A stretch of DNA of 59,975 nucleotides, filler included. It is 4 parts of 4 records of this genome, joined end to end, with 100 filler letters (N's around TTAATTAATTAA, not from the genome) between each part and the next. Parts side by side here need not be neighbours in the genome. Positions count along the whole stretch, not along the records: positions 12,673 to 24,606 come from DRR378314_715; positions 24,707 to 53,832 come from DRR378314_716; 2 more parts are not named here. One strand, given 5' to 3'. The notes beneath the pieces are model-generated. The model was not told the DNA's origin. It saw nothing but the letters and a program-made list of their open reading frames with translations, and did not search any database. Made by a program: the position numbers and the translations under genes. Each line of letters starts with the position of its first letter. Position 1 is the first letter of the stretch. This document shows positions 20,960 through 31,127 of the stretch, piece after piece.

Positions 20960-22285
20960 TTACTTTTCAGGGATCAAGCCGCGTGGGCTAAACCTGAGAA
21001 CCAGGAGCAATATCAAGCCCATCGTAAACAGTCGCATATGTGCCGCGCTTTCCAGAAGATGGGCGCGAAGCCCGCTGTCTTCGGCCATGCCAGAGGTGAT
21101 CATTTCGATCACCAGAACGCCAAGCGGCTCGACCTTGATCCACAGGAACCAGACCAGAAGCCCCCCCAGTACCGCGCCAAAGTTATTGCCCGAACCACCA
21201 ACAATCACCATGACCCAGATCAGGAAGGTGAACCGCAGGGGGTTATAGGTGCCCGGCGTCAGCTGACTGTCGAGCGTGGTCATCATCGCGCCCGCCACAC
21301 CACATATGGCAGACCCGAGAATGAAGATCTGCAGGTGACGGCGGGTGACGTGCTTACCCATTGCGTTTGCGGCCACCTCATTGTCGCGGATCGCACGCAT
21401 CATCCTTCCCCATGGGCTCTTGAGCGCCATTTGCGCCATCCACAGCAGCACCAGCAGAACGATCGCGAAGAGAGCCGAATACCCCAGCTTCACATAGATG
21501 GTCGACGCGGTGGTTGCATCGAGACCCCAAGACGCCGCCTTTTCGACAAAGGCCGGATCACCTTGCAAATCGACCTCGTAGGGCAGTGGGCGGGGCAGGC
21601 CGACCACATTCTTGACGCCGCGGGACAGCCAGTCCTCGTTCTTGAGAACTGCAATGATGATCTCTGCAATCCCCAGCGTGGCAATCGCGAGGTAGTCAGA
21701 GCGCAGTCCCAGCGCGGTCTTGCCGATCAGCCAGGCAACGCCCGCCGCCAGCAGACCACCCAAGGGCCAGGCCATCAGAACCGGCAGCCCAAGACCGCCA
21801 ATATTGCCTTCAAGAGCGGCGTTAATCCCCTCGACAGCCTCAACCCCCGGATCAAGAACCGCACGGTAGATCACAAAGCCGACAATCAGGATGGTCAGCA
21901 TGGCCGCGGTGCGTGCCAGCCCTGCGGTCATTTTCTGGTAGGCAAGGATCGCAAGGCCGATGGTCGAGGCGCCAAGCACCAGAGCCATCAGGATCTGCTG
22001 GCCGCCCGCCTCCCAGGCGCCCGGTGTAGGCGACATGGAGGTGAGGACCACGGCAAGCCCGCCAAGCGCAGTGAAGCCCATGATGCCGACGTTGAACAGA
22101 CCGGCGAAGCCCCATTGCAGGTTCACCCCAAGCGCCATGATCGCGGAGATCAGACCCATATTGAGGATCGTCAGCGATGAATTCCACGAGCCGGAGAAAA
22201 CACCAAAGGCAGTGGTTGTCCCTTCCAGCACCAGCAGCAGGCCGACGCCGACGAACAGAAGCGTATGTTTTAAAGTATCGCTCAT
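20960..22285 (-). CDS. livM: Branched-chain amino acid ABC transporter permease
   Basis: GVNLQWGFAGLFNVG, LRSDYLAIATLGIAE, RAIRDNE, VIVGGSGNN. Confidence 0.9.
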   Translation of the reverse strand: MSDTLKHTLLFVGVGLLLVLEGTTTAFGVFSGSWNSSLTILNMGLISAIMALGVNLQWGFAGLFNVGIMGFTALGGLAVVLTSMSPTPGAWEAGGQQILMALVLGASTIGLAILAYQKMTAGLARTAAMLTILIVGFVIYRAVLDPGVEAVEGINAALEGNIGGLGLPVLMAWPLGGLLAAGVAWLIGKTALGLRSDYLAIATLGIAEIIIAVLKNEDWLSRGVKNVVGLPRPLPYEVDLQGDPAFVEKAASWGLDATTASTIYVKLGYSALFAIVLLVLLWMAQMALKSPWGRMMRAIRDNEVAANAMGKHVTRRHLQIFILGSAICGVAGAMMTTLDSQLTPGTYNPLRFTFLIWVMVIVGGSGNNFGAVLGGLLVWFLWIKVEPLGVLVIEMITSGMAEDSGLRAHLLESAAHMRLFTMGLILLLVLRFSPRGLIPEK

Positions 22286-23337
22286 ACTGCTTTCCCCTTG
22301 AAGATGCCTGTGGGTTTGAACAGCAGCACGATGACAAGGATCGCGAAGGACACCGCGAATTTATAATCGGTGCTAAGAAGCTGCGCGAGCCCGTCCGGCG
22401 CCAGGCTTTCGGGCAGGATGTACCCGCCGACCTTTTTCCAGGCGTAGGTGATCATGACTTCGCTTATGGCGATGACAAAACCGCCGGCGATCGCGCCGAG
22501 CGGGCTACCAAGCCCCCCAACGATGGCCGCCGCAAAGATCGGCAGCAACAGCTGGAAATAGGTAAATGCTTTGAAGGATTTATCCAGGCCGTAAAGCGTG
22601 CCTGCAATGGTGGCCAGCGCCGCCACGATCAGCCAAGTAATCATCACCACGCGCTCCGGGTTGATGCCTGACAGCAGCGCCAGATCTTCGTTGTCTGAAT
22701 AGGCGCGCATGGATTTACCGGTACGGGTCTTGTTCAGGAACCAGAACAACACTGCCACAACAATGATCGCGGTGATCACGGTGATGCCTTGACTGGTTTT
22801 TATCGCCAGGCCTTCATCCAGCCCAGTCATTTCCTTAAACGTGCGTGCTTTGACGATGAAGCGTTCGCCGTCTGAAAACCTGATATTGTCAGTTCCCCGA
22901 ACAGTTGTTCCCTGTGGGTGAACCGAAGAACCAAAGACAGTAAGTAAGACACGCACGAGCCCGTTCATCATGAACATCACCCCAAGCGAGACCATGACGA
23001 ACACCACAGGCTTGGCCTTTTGCTCGCGATAGAATTTGAACACCGCCCGGTCCGTGACCACAACAAGCGCCATGGTGAAAACGATCCCGATGGGCAGGGC
23101 AAGAAGCGCCGTCGGCAGGGGCCCCGCAGAGATCCCCCAGGACTGAAACAGCCAGGTGAACAGGATCGTGACCATGGTCCCAAATGCCATGGTGTCCCCA
23201 TGGGCAAAGTTGGAGAACCGCAAAATCCCGTAGATCAGCGTCACCCCGAGCGCGCCAAGCGCCAATTGGCTGCCATAGGCGATACCGGGAATGAGCACGA
23301 AGTTTGAAAGCGCCACGAAGGCGTTGAGGAAATCCAT
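22282..23337 (-). CDS. livH: Branched-chain amino acid ABC transporter permease
   Basis: GVTLIYGILRFSNFAHGD, GKSMRAYSDN, AIVGGLGS; ATGA overlap with livM. Confidence 0.9.
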   Translation of the reverse strand: MDFLNAFVALSNFVLIPGIAYGSQLALGALGVTLIYGILRFSNFAHGDTMAFGTMVTILFTWLFQSWGISAGPLPTALLALPIGIVFTMALVVVTDRAVFKFYREQKAKPVVFVMVSLGVMFMMNGLVRVLLTVFGSSVHPQGTTVRGTDNIRFSDGERFIVKARTFKEMTGLDEGLAIKTSQGITVITAIIVVAVLFWFLNKTRTGKSMRAYSDNEDLALLSGINPERVVMITWLIVAALATIAGTLYGLDKSFKAFTYFQLLLPIFAAAIVGGLGSPLGAIAGGFVIAISEVMITYAWKKVGGYILPESLAPDGLAQLLSTDYKFAVSFAILVIVLLFKPTGIFKGKAV

Positions 23338-23340
23338 CTC

Positions 23341-24054
23341 TTAGCCTCCCAGGAACGATTTGCGCACTTCGGGATCGGCCAGAAGCTCTTGCCCGGTGCC
23401 GGTATAGGCGTTTGCACCTTGCACCAGAACATAGCCTTTGTCCGCAATTTCAAGCGCTTGCTTAGCGTTCTGTTCCACCATCAAGATCGGCAAACCAGTG
23501 CGCGCGACCTCGATGATACGGTCGAACAGTTCGTCCATCACGATGGGTGAGACACCCGCCGTGGGCTCATCGAGCATCAGAACCTTGGGCTTGGTCATCA
23601 GCGCGCGGCCCACGGCCACCTGCTGACGTTGACCACCTGACAGCTCGCCCGCTGCCTGATAGCGCTTGTCCTTCAAGATCGGAAACAGGTGATAGACCTG
23701 CTCCATCGTCTCGGAGAAATCATCTGTGCGGATGAACGCGCCCATTTCCAGATTCTCTTCTACCGTCATCGAGGTGAAAATATTGCTGGTCTGCGGCACA
23801 AACCCCATGCCCTTGACCACGCGTTCCTGCGGGCTGAGATGGGTGATATCCTCGCCCGCGAGCCGAACCGCGCCGGAGCGCACATTCAACATGCCAAAGA
23901 CAGCCTTCATGCCGGTGGATTTACCAGCGCCATTGGGGCCGACGATGACGGCGATTTCGCCGGAGTTCACGGCGATGGTGCAGTCATGCAGGATGTCCGG
24001 CCCCTTGCCGTAGCCTCCCGTCATGCTGTCGCCGATCAGAAAGGGTTCGCTCAT
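23341..24054 (-). CDS. livF: Branched-chain amino acid ABC transporter ATPase
   Basis: GPNGAGKST, LSGGQRQ, LDEPTAG, VEQNA. Confidence 0.92.
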   Translation of the reverse strand: MSEPFLIGDSMTGGYGKGPDILHDCTIAVNSGEIAVIVGPNGAGKSTGMKAVFGMLNVRSGAVRLAGEDITHLSPQERVVKGMGFVPQTSNIFTSMTVEENLEMGAFIRTDDFSETMEQVYHLFPILKDKRYQAAGELSGGQRQQVAVGRALMTKPKVLMLDEPTAGVSPIVMDELFDRIIEVARTGLPILMVEQNAKQALEIADKGYVLVQGANAYTGTGQELLADPEVRKSFLGG

Positions 24055-24606
24055 GCGTCCGCCCCCTGCAATTTGTCTTTGTTTTTCAAACCAGTGCCCA
24101 GATACGCTTCGATCACCTGCTCATTGGCCTTGATCTCGTCCAGGGTGCCTTGGGCCAGTTTCTTGCCCTCCGCCATGACGATCACCGGATCACACAGGCG
24201 GTCGATGAATTCCATGTCATGCTCGATCACCACGAAGGTGTAGCCGCGTTCCTCGTTGAGGCGCTTGATCGCATCGGCAATGGTATAAAGCAGCGTCCGG
24301 TTCACGCCTGCGCCCACCTCGTCAAGAAAGACGATCTTGGCGTCGACCATCATGGTGCGGCCCAGTTCCAGCAGCTTTTTCTGACCGCCGGAAATCTCGC
24401 CCGCCTTCAGGTCCGCGATATGGCTGATGGTGAGGAACTCCAGCACCTCATCCGCCTTGGCCCGCAGGGCGCGTTCCTCATCCGCGATGCGCTTGCGGCC
24501 AAACCAGGTGTTCCACAGCGTCTCACCCGACTGATCGCCCGGCACCATCATCAGGTTCTCGCGGCAGGTCATCGAGGAAAATTCATGCGCGATCTGGAAG
24601 GTGCGC
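24051..24606 (-). CDS. livG: Branched-chain amino acid ABC transporter ATPase, 5'-truncated
   Basis: RTFQ, ISGGQKKLLE, LDEVGAG, IEHDM, VIEAYLG; open to contig end. Confidence 0.9.
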
Positions 24607-24706
24607 NNNNNNNNNNNNNNNNNNNNNNNNNNNNNNNNNNNNNNNNNNNNTTAATTAATTAANNNNNNNNNNNNNNNNNNNNNNNNNNNNNNNNNNNNNN
24701 NNNNNN
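24607..24706. other. Artificial contig linker
   Basis: 44 N + TTAATTAATTAA + 44 N. Confidence 0.98.
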
Positions 24707-25333
24707 AGCTGCAGAAACCGTTCCGACCACATCCCCAACGGAGGCATCCTCGGCAATGATCTGCCGGTCCATTTCCAGATTTTCGGGAGCGGCATTTATA
24801 AGGGCCTCTGGATCTTCGGCGGGCGGCTGACCTTGAGCCGCTTCATCGGGTATATCTGTAGTCAGGCTGGCTGGCGCTTCTGGTGGAACCGACCCCTCTG
24901 AAAAGTCAAGTTCTGTCGCCTGGAGGAATTCAGTCCCATCGCTTCCACCGTCGTCCAGCTCTCGGCTCTCTTCCCGTATGTCAGAAGCGACACTATCTGA
25001 TGAGAGGCGCTCACCTTCAGAAAGCTCACCAGGAGCGGCCTCAATGGCGCCAGAAGTTGTGTCTGTATTCCCCTGCTCTGCCGTTTCATCCCGCTCAGCG
25101 CTTTCATCACCCTCTGGGGCACCATCTGTTTGAGCGATCACAACTTCTTCATGTTGCGATTGATCACCCGTGTGCAAAGCTCCTAAAGATCGGTCCGCCT
25201 CATCCAACCGCGAAGAAGACTGCGTATTCACATCATCCTCTGAAAAGGCATTGCGCTGTTTTGTCGCGTTATTGGCTTGATCCGCCAGATCCTGATCTGG
25301 TGAAGTTTCGGCAGGTTTTTTCGTATCACTCAT
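24707..25333 (-). CDS. N-terminus of a probable large cadherin-repeat adhesin (T1SS substrate), 3'-truncated
   Basis: No signal peptide; ~180 acidic residues then a cadherin-like start INAAPENL...IAEDASVGDVVGTVSA; divergent from the T1SS genes. Confidence 0.7.
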
Positions 25334-25425
25334 TACGCTTCTCGCAATTTCTGATCTCATCAGTTCAAAGCCGGCACAACCTAGTTTCGGCACATTTAGC
25401 TGAGATTATGATGCGGAAAAAAGCC

Positions 25426-25440
25426 TTAAAGAACCTTTAA
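25426..25440. promoter_or_regulatory. Putative CtrA box
   Basis: TTAA-AGAACCT-TTAA matches TTAA-N7-TTAA in the adhesin/T1SS divergent promoter; the region is AT-rich, so a chance match is possible. Confidence 0.4.
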
Positions 25441-25651
25441 TATTTGCCTAAAATTTGCCTGTATTTGGCTAAAAATATCGCAAATTTTACAATTATTTAA
25501 CAAAATCCTGCTTATCTAAAATTTATCACAAATTCACATGAATTTTTACGAAAAATAAATCTATAAATTTGAATATGGTTAACGAAGATTTTGTAAAATT
25601 TTAACCAAAATCTGAGCATGGTGTTTTTATTAGTAATCGGATGATCCAGTT

Positions 25652-27430
25652 TTGACAGTTAAAAACCTGAAAGACGACAAACCCAGCCTTAGGGCCTCGC
25701 GTCTGCCGTCTGCCCGGCGGACACGGCTGGATATTATTCTGTCGTCTACGGCCTTGAATGTTTTGGCGCTGGCGCTTCCAATTATGATCCTGCAGGTTTA
25801 TGATCGGATTATCCCCAATTCAGCGGTTGATACATTGCGCCTTCTTGTCATCGGCGTCGGCATTGCCCTGATCCTCGAAGCCTTCTTTCGCCTTGCCCGG
25901 TCCTATATCACCGCTTATGCAGGTGCCAAGTTTGAACATATTGCCGGCTGCCGCGCCCTGGGCCATACCCTGAATACGGATATCGCCCATTATGAGCGGG
26001 AGTCTGCTGGCGTTTACATTCATCGCTTCAATGCCATCGACTCCCTGCGGGAATTTATGTCCGGCAGCAACATCCTCGTTTTTATTGATTTGCCCTTCGC
26101 GGCCATTTTCCTTGGCATGGTCTGGTATATCGGCGGCATTCTCATTGTCGTGCCATTGGTACTGCTCATTGCGTTCAGCCTGATCACCCTGGCCGTTGGA
26201 CGGGGTTTACGAAAATCCCTGGCCGAGAAATCCCTCTGGGAAGATCGCCGCTATAACTTCCTGATTGAGGTGCTGACCGGTATTCACACCGTTAAGGGTC
26301 TGGCGCTGGAGGCGCAGATGGTCCGCCGGTATGAACGGCTGCAGGAAACAACAGCCGGGGTTCTGCAAACCGTGACGTTTCAAAACAATGTTGCGCAGGG
26401 CCTTGGCGCCCTGTTTTCCCAAATGACATTGGTCTGCGTGGCCGCTGCAGGTTCTTTATTTGTAATCGATAATCAACTGTCCATTGGTGGTCTTGCCGCC
26501 TGTACACTGTTATCTGGCCGGGCGCTGCAACCCTTGATGCGGGCGATGGGCGTATGGACCCATTACCAGAATATTCAGATCGCCAAGGAACGGGTGAACA
26601 AGCTTCTGCAACTGCCGCAAAAAGCCAAAGTCGCCATAAAAAGCGATGCCAGAAATCAGGAGCAGGAACGCCCCCTTAACCCCTTTAACAAGGGTGCTAC
26701 CCTGGAATTTAGGAATGTGGATTTTCGCTTTTCCGAAAATGATCCGGTTCTGTTCGAAGATCTGTCCTGCCAGTTCGAGCCGGGCTCCATCAGCGCTCTG
26801 GTCGGTCGAAACAGCACGGGTAAAACCTCTTTCATGTGGCTGGCAATGGGTCTTTTGCCTCCCAGTCAGGGACAAATCCTGCTGGATGGCGAGGATATTT
26901 CGTCTTTGCCAGAAGATCTTCTGCATGAGCGGATCGCCTATTTGCCGCAAAACGGAGCCATATTCCACGGCACTATCATGGAAAACCTGACGACCTTTCG
27001 CAAAGGCGATTACATTGATGAGGCCATGAAACTCTCTGAAGAGCTGGGCTTGCACGATGTTATTCATCGCCTGCCTTATGGTTATGACACAATTGTTGGT
27101 GATGGTGCAGCCGATGGACTGCCTGGCGGTATTCGTCAACGGATTGCCATCGCAAGAGCCCTTGTCAGTCGCCCTGATGTCATTTTATTTGATGAGGCCA
27201 ATACCTCCCTTGATGCTCAGGGCGATGAAATTCTGAAAAAGTTTCTAATCACCCAAAAAGGAAAAAGCACCGTTATTATGGTCAGTTTGCGGCCGTCTCT
27301 GCTCAAAATCGCTGATACGGGGTATCGCATCCTGGATCATAAGTTGATCAAAACCCCCATGGAAAATCTGGTGCAGTATAAAAAGCCAACCCCGTCCCCT
27401 GTTGCCACTATTCGGACGGCTAAACCATGA
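25652..27430 (+). CDS. Type I secretion ABC transporter subunit 1 (no C39-like domain)
   Basis: NVLALALP..LQVYDRIIP membrane domain; GRNSTGKT, LPGGIRQR, LFDEA; TTG start. Confidence 0.88.
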   Translation: MTVKNLKDDKPSLRASRLPSARRTRLDIILSSTALNVLALALPIMILQVYDRIIPNSAVDTLRLLVIGVGIALILEAFFRLARSYITAYAGAKFEHIAGCRALGHTLNTDIAHYERESAGVYIHRFNAIDSLREFMSGSNILVFIDLPFAAIFLGMVWYIGGILIVVPLVLLIAFSLITLAVGRGLRKSLAEKSLWEDRRYNFLIEVLTGIHTVKGLALEAQMVRRYERLQETTAGVLQTVTFQNNVAQGLGALFSQMTLVCVAAAGSLFVIDNQLSIGGLAACTLLSGRALQPLMRAMGVWTHYQNIQIAKERVNKLLQLPQKAKVAIKSDARNQEQERPLNPFNKGATLEFRNVDFRFSENDPVLFEDLSCQFEPGSISALVGRNSTGKTSFMWLAMGLLPPSQGQILLDGEDISSLPEDLLHERIAYLPQNGAIFHGTIMENLTTFRKGDYIDEAMKLSEELGLHDVIHRLPYGYDTIVGDGAADGLPGGIRQRIAIARALVSRPDVILFDEANTSLDAQGDEILKKFLITQKGKSTVIMVSLRPSLLKIADTGYRILDHKLIKTPMENLVQYKKPTPSPVATIRTAKP

Positions 27431-29553
27431 GTTTTCTAGAAAACAAAGCCGCTTATGCCGGTGCTAATAATTGGGGGCGCAGCACCCAGTTTGCCGCCTG
27501 TATTTCTCCGTTGTTGGATGCGCTTGGCTGGCGGGGCGAACCTGAGCAGGTCATGGAGGCGATGCCTCATTTCAAGACATCCATGGATTTGCTGGATTTC
27601 AGAAGCACCCTGGCAAATCTGCATTTTGATAGCAGAAGCCAGGTCACCAAAATCCACAAAATTGATCCCCGGCTTTTCCCGTGCCTGTTCGATCCGGAAA
27701 ATGGTTCTGTAAAGGTACTGCTGTCTGTTGGCGATAGCGGTATTCATGCATTTGACGCGGAAACCCAGGAATATCGCGTCTTGGAAAAATCTGATCTGAA
27801 AGGTCAGGGAACCGCCTTTTTCTTTAAATCCACACCGAAAGAGAAAATCGGCCAGTGGAATTCCAGCCAAAACTGGTTTCGAGCTGTTTTTGCCAGGTTC
27901 AAGCCGTTAACCCGGCAAATCATGATGATCACATTTGTGCTCAACCTGTTGGCGCTGGCAGCCCCGCTTTTCATCATGGCCGTCTATGACATGGTGATCG
28001 GTGCAAATTCCAAGGAAACCCTTCTCTATCTGATCCTGGGGATCCTGATCGCTTTTATCTGCGATATCATGCTGCGGTTGATGCGCGGGCAAATGCTGTC
28101 CTATATCGGCGCTCGGCTTGATTATATCGTCGGCACGACCGTGTTGCAGAAAATCCTGTCCCTGCCCGTTCAACAGACAGAGCGCAGCTCCCTTGGCTCC
28201 AAACTCGCGCGGTTTCGCGAATTTGACATGATCCGGGAGTTTTTTATCGGACCCATGGCAATGGCCATTCTGGAAGTTCCGTTTGTCTTTATTTTTCTGC
28301 TGGCGGTCGGCCTGATTGGCGGATCGCTTGTCCTTATCCCCATTGTCATGATCGTGCTTTATGTGGTTGCTGCCCTTATCATTCTGCCCATCATTCAAAA
28401 GCGAACCACTGATGATCTCAGTCATTCTGCGAGCAAAGGCGCGTTTGTCACCGAATGCTTCAACAATGTCCGGACCATCAAGCAACTGGGCGCAGAGGAA
28501 ATCTGGCTGGAACGGTTTCGGGATATATCCACGGGAAATGCCGTTGCGGGCATTCGCAATAATATGATCGGCGCGGTTGCCCAGACTTTTGCACATGTGG
28601 TGATGATTTCGGCCGGTATTCTGACCCTGACCTTTGGGATCAGCAAAGTGCTGGATGAAAGCATGACCGTGGGTGCCCTGGTGGCCACCATGGCCCTGAT
28701 CTGGCGGATGCTGTCCCCAACGCAAGGGGTGTTCCTTGCGCTGACAAAGCTCAATCAGATCGGCGTCAGCATCAAACGGCTAAACCAGCTTTTCACCCTG
28801 AAAAGTGAAAGCAACCCCTATACGGTTTCAAAACTGAAGCGTTTTAAAGGCAGAATCTCCTTTTCCCGGGTCAGTTTTCGCTATTCCGCAGATCAGGACC
28901 CGGCTGTCATGGGTCTGGATTTTCAAATTGATCCGGGCGAAGTTGTTGCCCTTGCCGGGGCCAACAGTTCTGGCAAGTCCACACTCGTCAAGCTCCTCGC
29001 CGGGATGTATCAACCCCAGGTCGGTCGCATTGCCATAGATGGCGTGGATCTTCGGCAAATTGATCCGCTGGAACTTCGCAAATCCATTGGCTATATGCCC
29101 CAGAACTGCGAATTATTTCATGGCACCATTCGGCAAAATCTACTGCTCGGCAAAAGCACCGCCAGTGAAGAGCAGATCAAAGAAGTCTGTGAATGGGCCA
29201 ATCTAACCGACGATATTGAAAACCTGCCCAAGGGACTGGATACCCGCATTGGGGATCAAACCCTGTTGCAACTGCCATCGGGTTTTCAGCAACGATTAAA
29301 TCTGGCCCGGGCGCTTCTGTCCAATGCCAGAATCCTTATTTTTGATGAGCCGGGCAACACCCTGGATGACGCCGGTGATCGCGCGTTTCTGGAGGCTGTT
29401 GAGAAACTCCGCGGGAAAGCCACCGTCATCATCATCACCCACCGCCCTAGCCACATGCGGGCGGCCGATCGGGTGATCATGATGAACCGGGGCATGATCC
29501 AGACAATCGGACCGGCCGACACAGTAATACCAATGCTCTTTGGAGGGGCGTAA
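27427..29553 (+). CDS. Type I secretion ABC transporter subunit 2 (C39-like N-terminus)
   Basis: NLLALAAPLFIMAVYD; GANSSGKST, LPSGFQQR, IFDEP, ITHR; ATGA overlap. Confidence 0.9.
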   Translation: MSFLENKAAYAGANNWGRSTQFAACISPLLDALGWRGEPEQVMEAMPHFKTSMDLLDFRSTLANLHFDSRSQVTKIHKIDPRLFPCLFDPENGSVKVLLSVGDSGIHAFDAETQEYRVLEKSDLKGQGTAFFFKSTPKEKIGQWNSSQNWFRAVFARFKPLTRQIMMITFVLNLLALAAPLFIMAVYDMVIGANSKETLLYLILGILIAFICDIMLRLMRGQMLSYIGARLDYIVGTTVLQKILSLPVQQTERSSLGSKLARFREFDMIREFFIGPMAMAILEVPFVFIFLLAVGLIGGSLVLIPIVMIVLYVVAALIILPIIQKRTTDDLSHSASKGAFVTECFNNVRTIKQLGAEEIWLERFRDISTGNAVAGIRNNMIGAVAQTFAHVVMISAGILTLTFGISKVLDESMTVGALVATMALIWRMLSPTQGVFLALTKLNQIGVSIKRLNQLFTLKSESNPYTVSKLKRFKGRISFSRVSFRYSADQDPAVMGLDFQIDPGEVVALAGANSSGKSTLVKLLAGMYQPQVGRIAIDGVDLRQIDPLELRKSIGYMPQNCELFHGTIRQNLLLGKSTASEEQIKEVCEWANLTDDIENLPKGLDTRIGDQTLLQLPSGFQQRLNLARALLSNARILIFDEPGNTLDDAGDRAFLEAVEKLRGKATVIIITHRPSHMRAADRVIMMNRGMIQTIGPADTVIPMLFGGA

Positions 29554-30932
29554 TGGGTAAATCCTTGAAATTCATCGCCATCGACCAGGAAAAATACAAA
29601 AATATTTCCCAGAAACTGGAAAAGGGAAAACCCGAGACCCAGCGTCTGGGACAGTCTATTATGCTGGAAGAAAAAGGCCCCTCCTCGCTGCTGCGGGTTG
29701 CGATCCTGTTCAGCTTTGTTGGCCTGCTCGCCTTCATTGGCTGGGCCCAGAACGCCAGGATCGAAGAGGTTTCTGTCGCCTCGGGCGAGGTTATTCCCTC
29801 CGGTACGGTTCAGACCATCCAGCATATTGATGGTGGAACCATCAGCAAAATCAATATCGAAGAGGGGGAAATAGTTCCTGCCGGTTACACCCTGATCAAG
29901 CTGGACCCCACCGACAGCACGGCTGAATTGAAACAGCTGGAAACTCAGAAAACCATCTGGGATCTGAAATCCCGACGCCTTCTGGCCTTTGTCAATGACA
30001 CTGACATTGACACGACCGGGATCGGAGATCGATATATTGATCAGATCGCAGAACAGAAAAACCTGCTACGGAGCCAGAAACTCGACCGGGAAAACCAGCT
30101 TTCGGTCATTAACTCCCAAATCGATCAGCGCAAATCCGAACTGGATATTCTGCAAAAACAGATCGGCATCCTAAGAGGGCAATTGAAACCCCTGGAGGAG
30201 CAAATGGCGATCCGCGAAGGCCTGATGAAAAACAGAACCATCAGCCGTTTTGACTATCTGGATAGCCAGCGCCAGTATCTGCAGGAGAAAGGCCGCCTTG
30301 ATGAGATGATCAATAAACAGCAGGCCGCCAAACAAGCGATCAGCGAAGCCGAACAACGGCTTGAAGAACTGGATGGCCGCATCCGCCGGGAAGCCCTGGA
30401 TGAAATGGCGGCTGCCAACTCCGAAGCCTTAAAACTTGGCGAAGAAATTGAACGCCTGAACGGTGTCATCAGCCGACTGAATATCCAATCCCCTGTACAT
30501 GGGGTGGTTCAGGGACTGGATGTGAATTCGGTTGGAACCGTTATCAAACCGGGTAACCCGATCCTCTCCATCGTACCGGTGGATCAGGAACTGATCGTTG
30601 AAACCCGAATTCGCCCGGAAGATATCGGGTTCTTGCAGGTAGGTCAGGCGGCGTCTGTCAAATTTACCACCTACAATTATTCCCGCTATGGCTCTGTGCC
30701 GGGCACGCTGTCGCATATCTCGGCCACCACGTTTCAGGATGAACAAGGGGAGAGCTTTTATAAGGGCAAGGTTGCGCTGTCTCAAACCTATGTGGGCGAT
30801 GATCCGGAACGGAACCTGATCCTGCCCGGCATGACGGCAATTGCCGATATTAATTCTGGCCAAAAATCCCTGCTGGACTACTTGCTGAAACCGATCCACA
30901 CCACCGTTACGCAGGCTTTCCGCGAACGCTAA
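29553..30932 (+). CDS. HlyD-family T1SS membrane fusion protein
   Basis: Single TM, GEVIPSG..QTIQHIDGG, coiled coil, IQSPVHGVV, LPGMT..ADI..GQKSLLDYLLKP. Confidence 0.92.
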   Translation: MGKSLKFIAIDQEKYKNISQKLEKGKPETQRLGQSIMLEEKGPSSLLRVAILFSFVGLLAFIGWAQNARIEEVSVASGEVIPSGTVQTIQHIDGGTISKINIEEGEIVPAGYTLIKLDPTDSTAELKQLETQKTIWDLKSRRLLAFVNDTDIDTTGIGDRYIDQIAEQKNLLRSQKLDRENQLSVINSQIDQRKSELDILQKQIGILRGQLKPLEEQMAIREGLMKNRTISRFDYLDSQRQYLQEKGRLDEMINKQQAAKQAISEAEQRLEELDGRIRREALDEMAAANSEALKLGEEIERLNGVISRLNIQSPVHGVVQGLDVNSVGTVIKPGNPILSIVPVDQELIVETRIRPEDIGFLQVGQAASVKFTTYNYSRYGSVPGTLSHISATTFQDEQGESFYKGKVALSQTYVGDDPERNLILPGMTAIADINSGQKSLLDYLLKPIHTTVTQAFRER

Positions 30933-31127
30933 CCCACCTCAAAGGCCCGTTCCAAATTTGATGGAGTATCAGCAGGGTTGACGGGCCGCCTCGGGAAAAG
31001 GGATAGTAGCCACCTTTCGGTCTTTCCGCTTGCTCCGGGCAGTGGCGCGCCGCTGTTGGCAAACGGATACCGACCGGATGGGAATAAGCTACACCATAAT
31101 CCTTTAACCCGAATGATAGAGGGAAAC

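Noticed and set aside
20957-22180. 407-aa plus-strand ORF, and similar long ORFs at 4450-5277, 14892-15749, 27907-28725 and 39943-40668
   Set aside because: Antisense shadows of well-supported genes with biased codon usage; no motifs or RBS.
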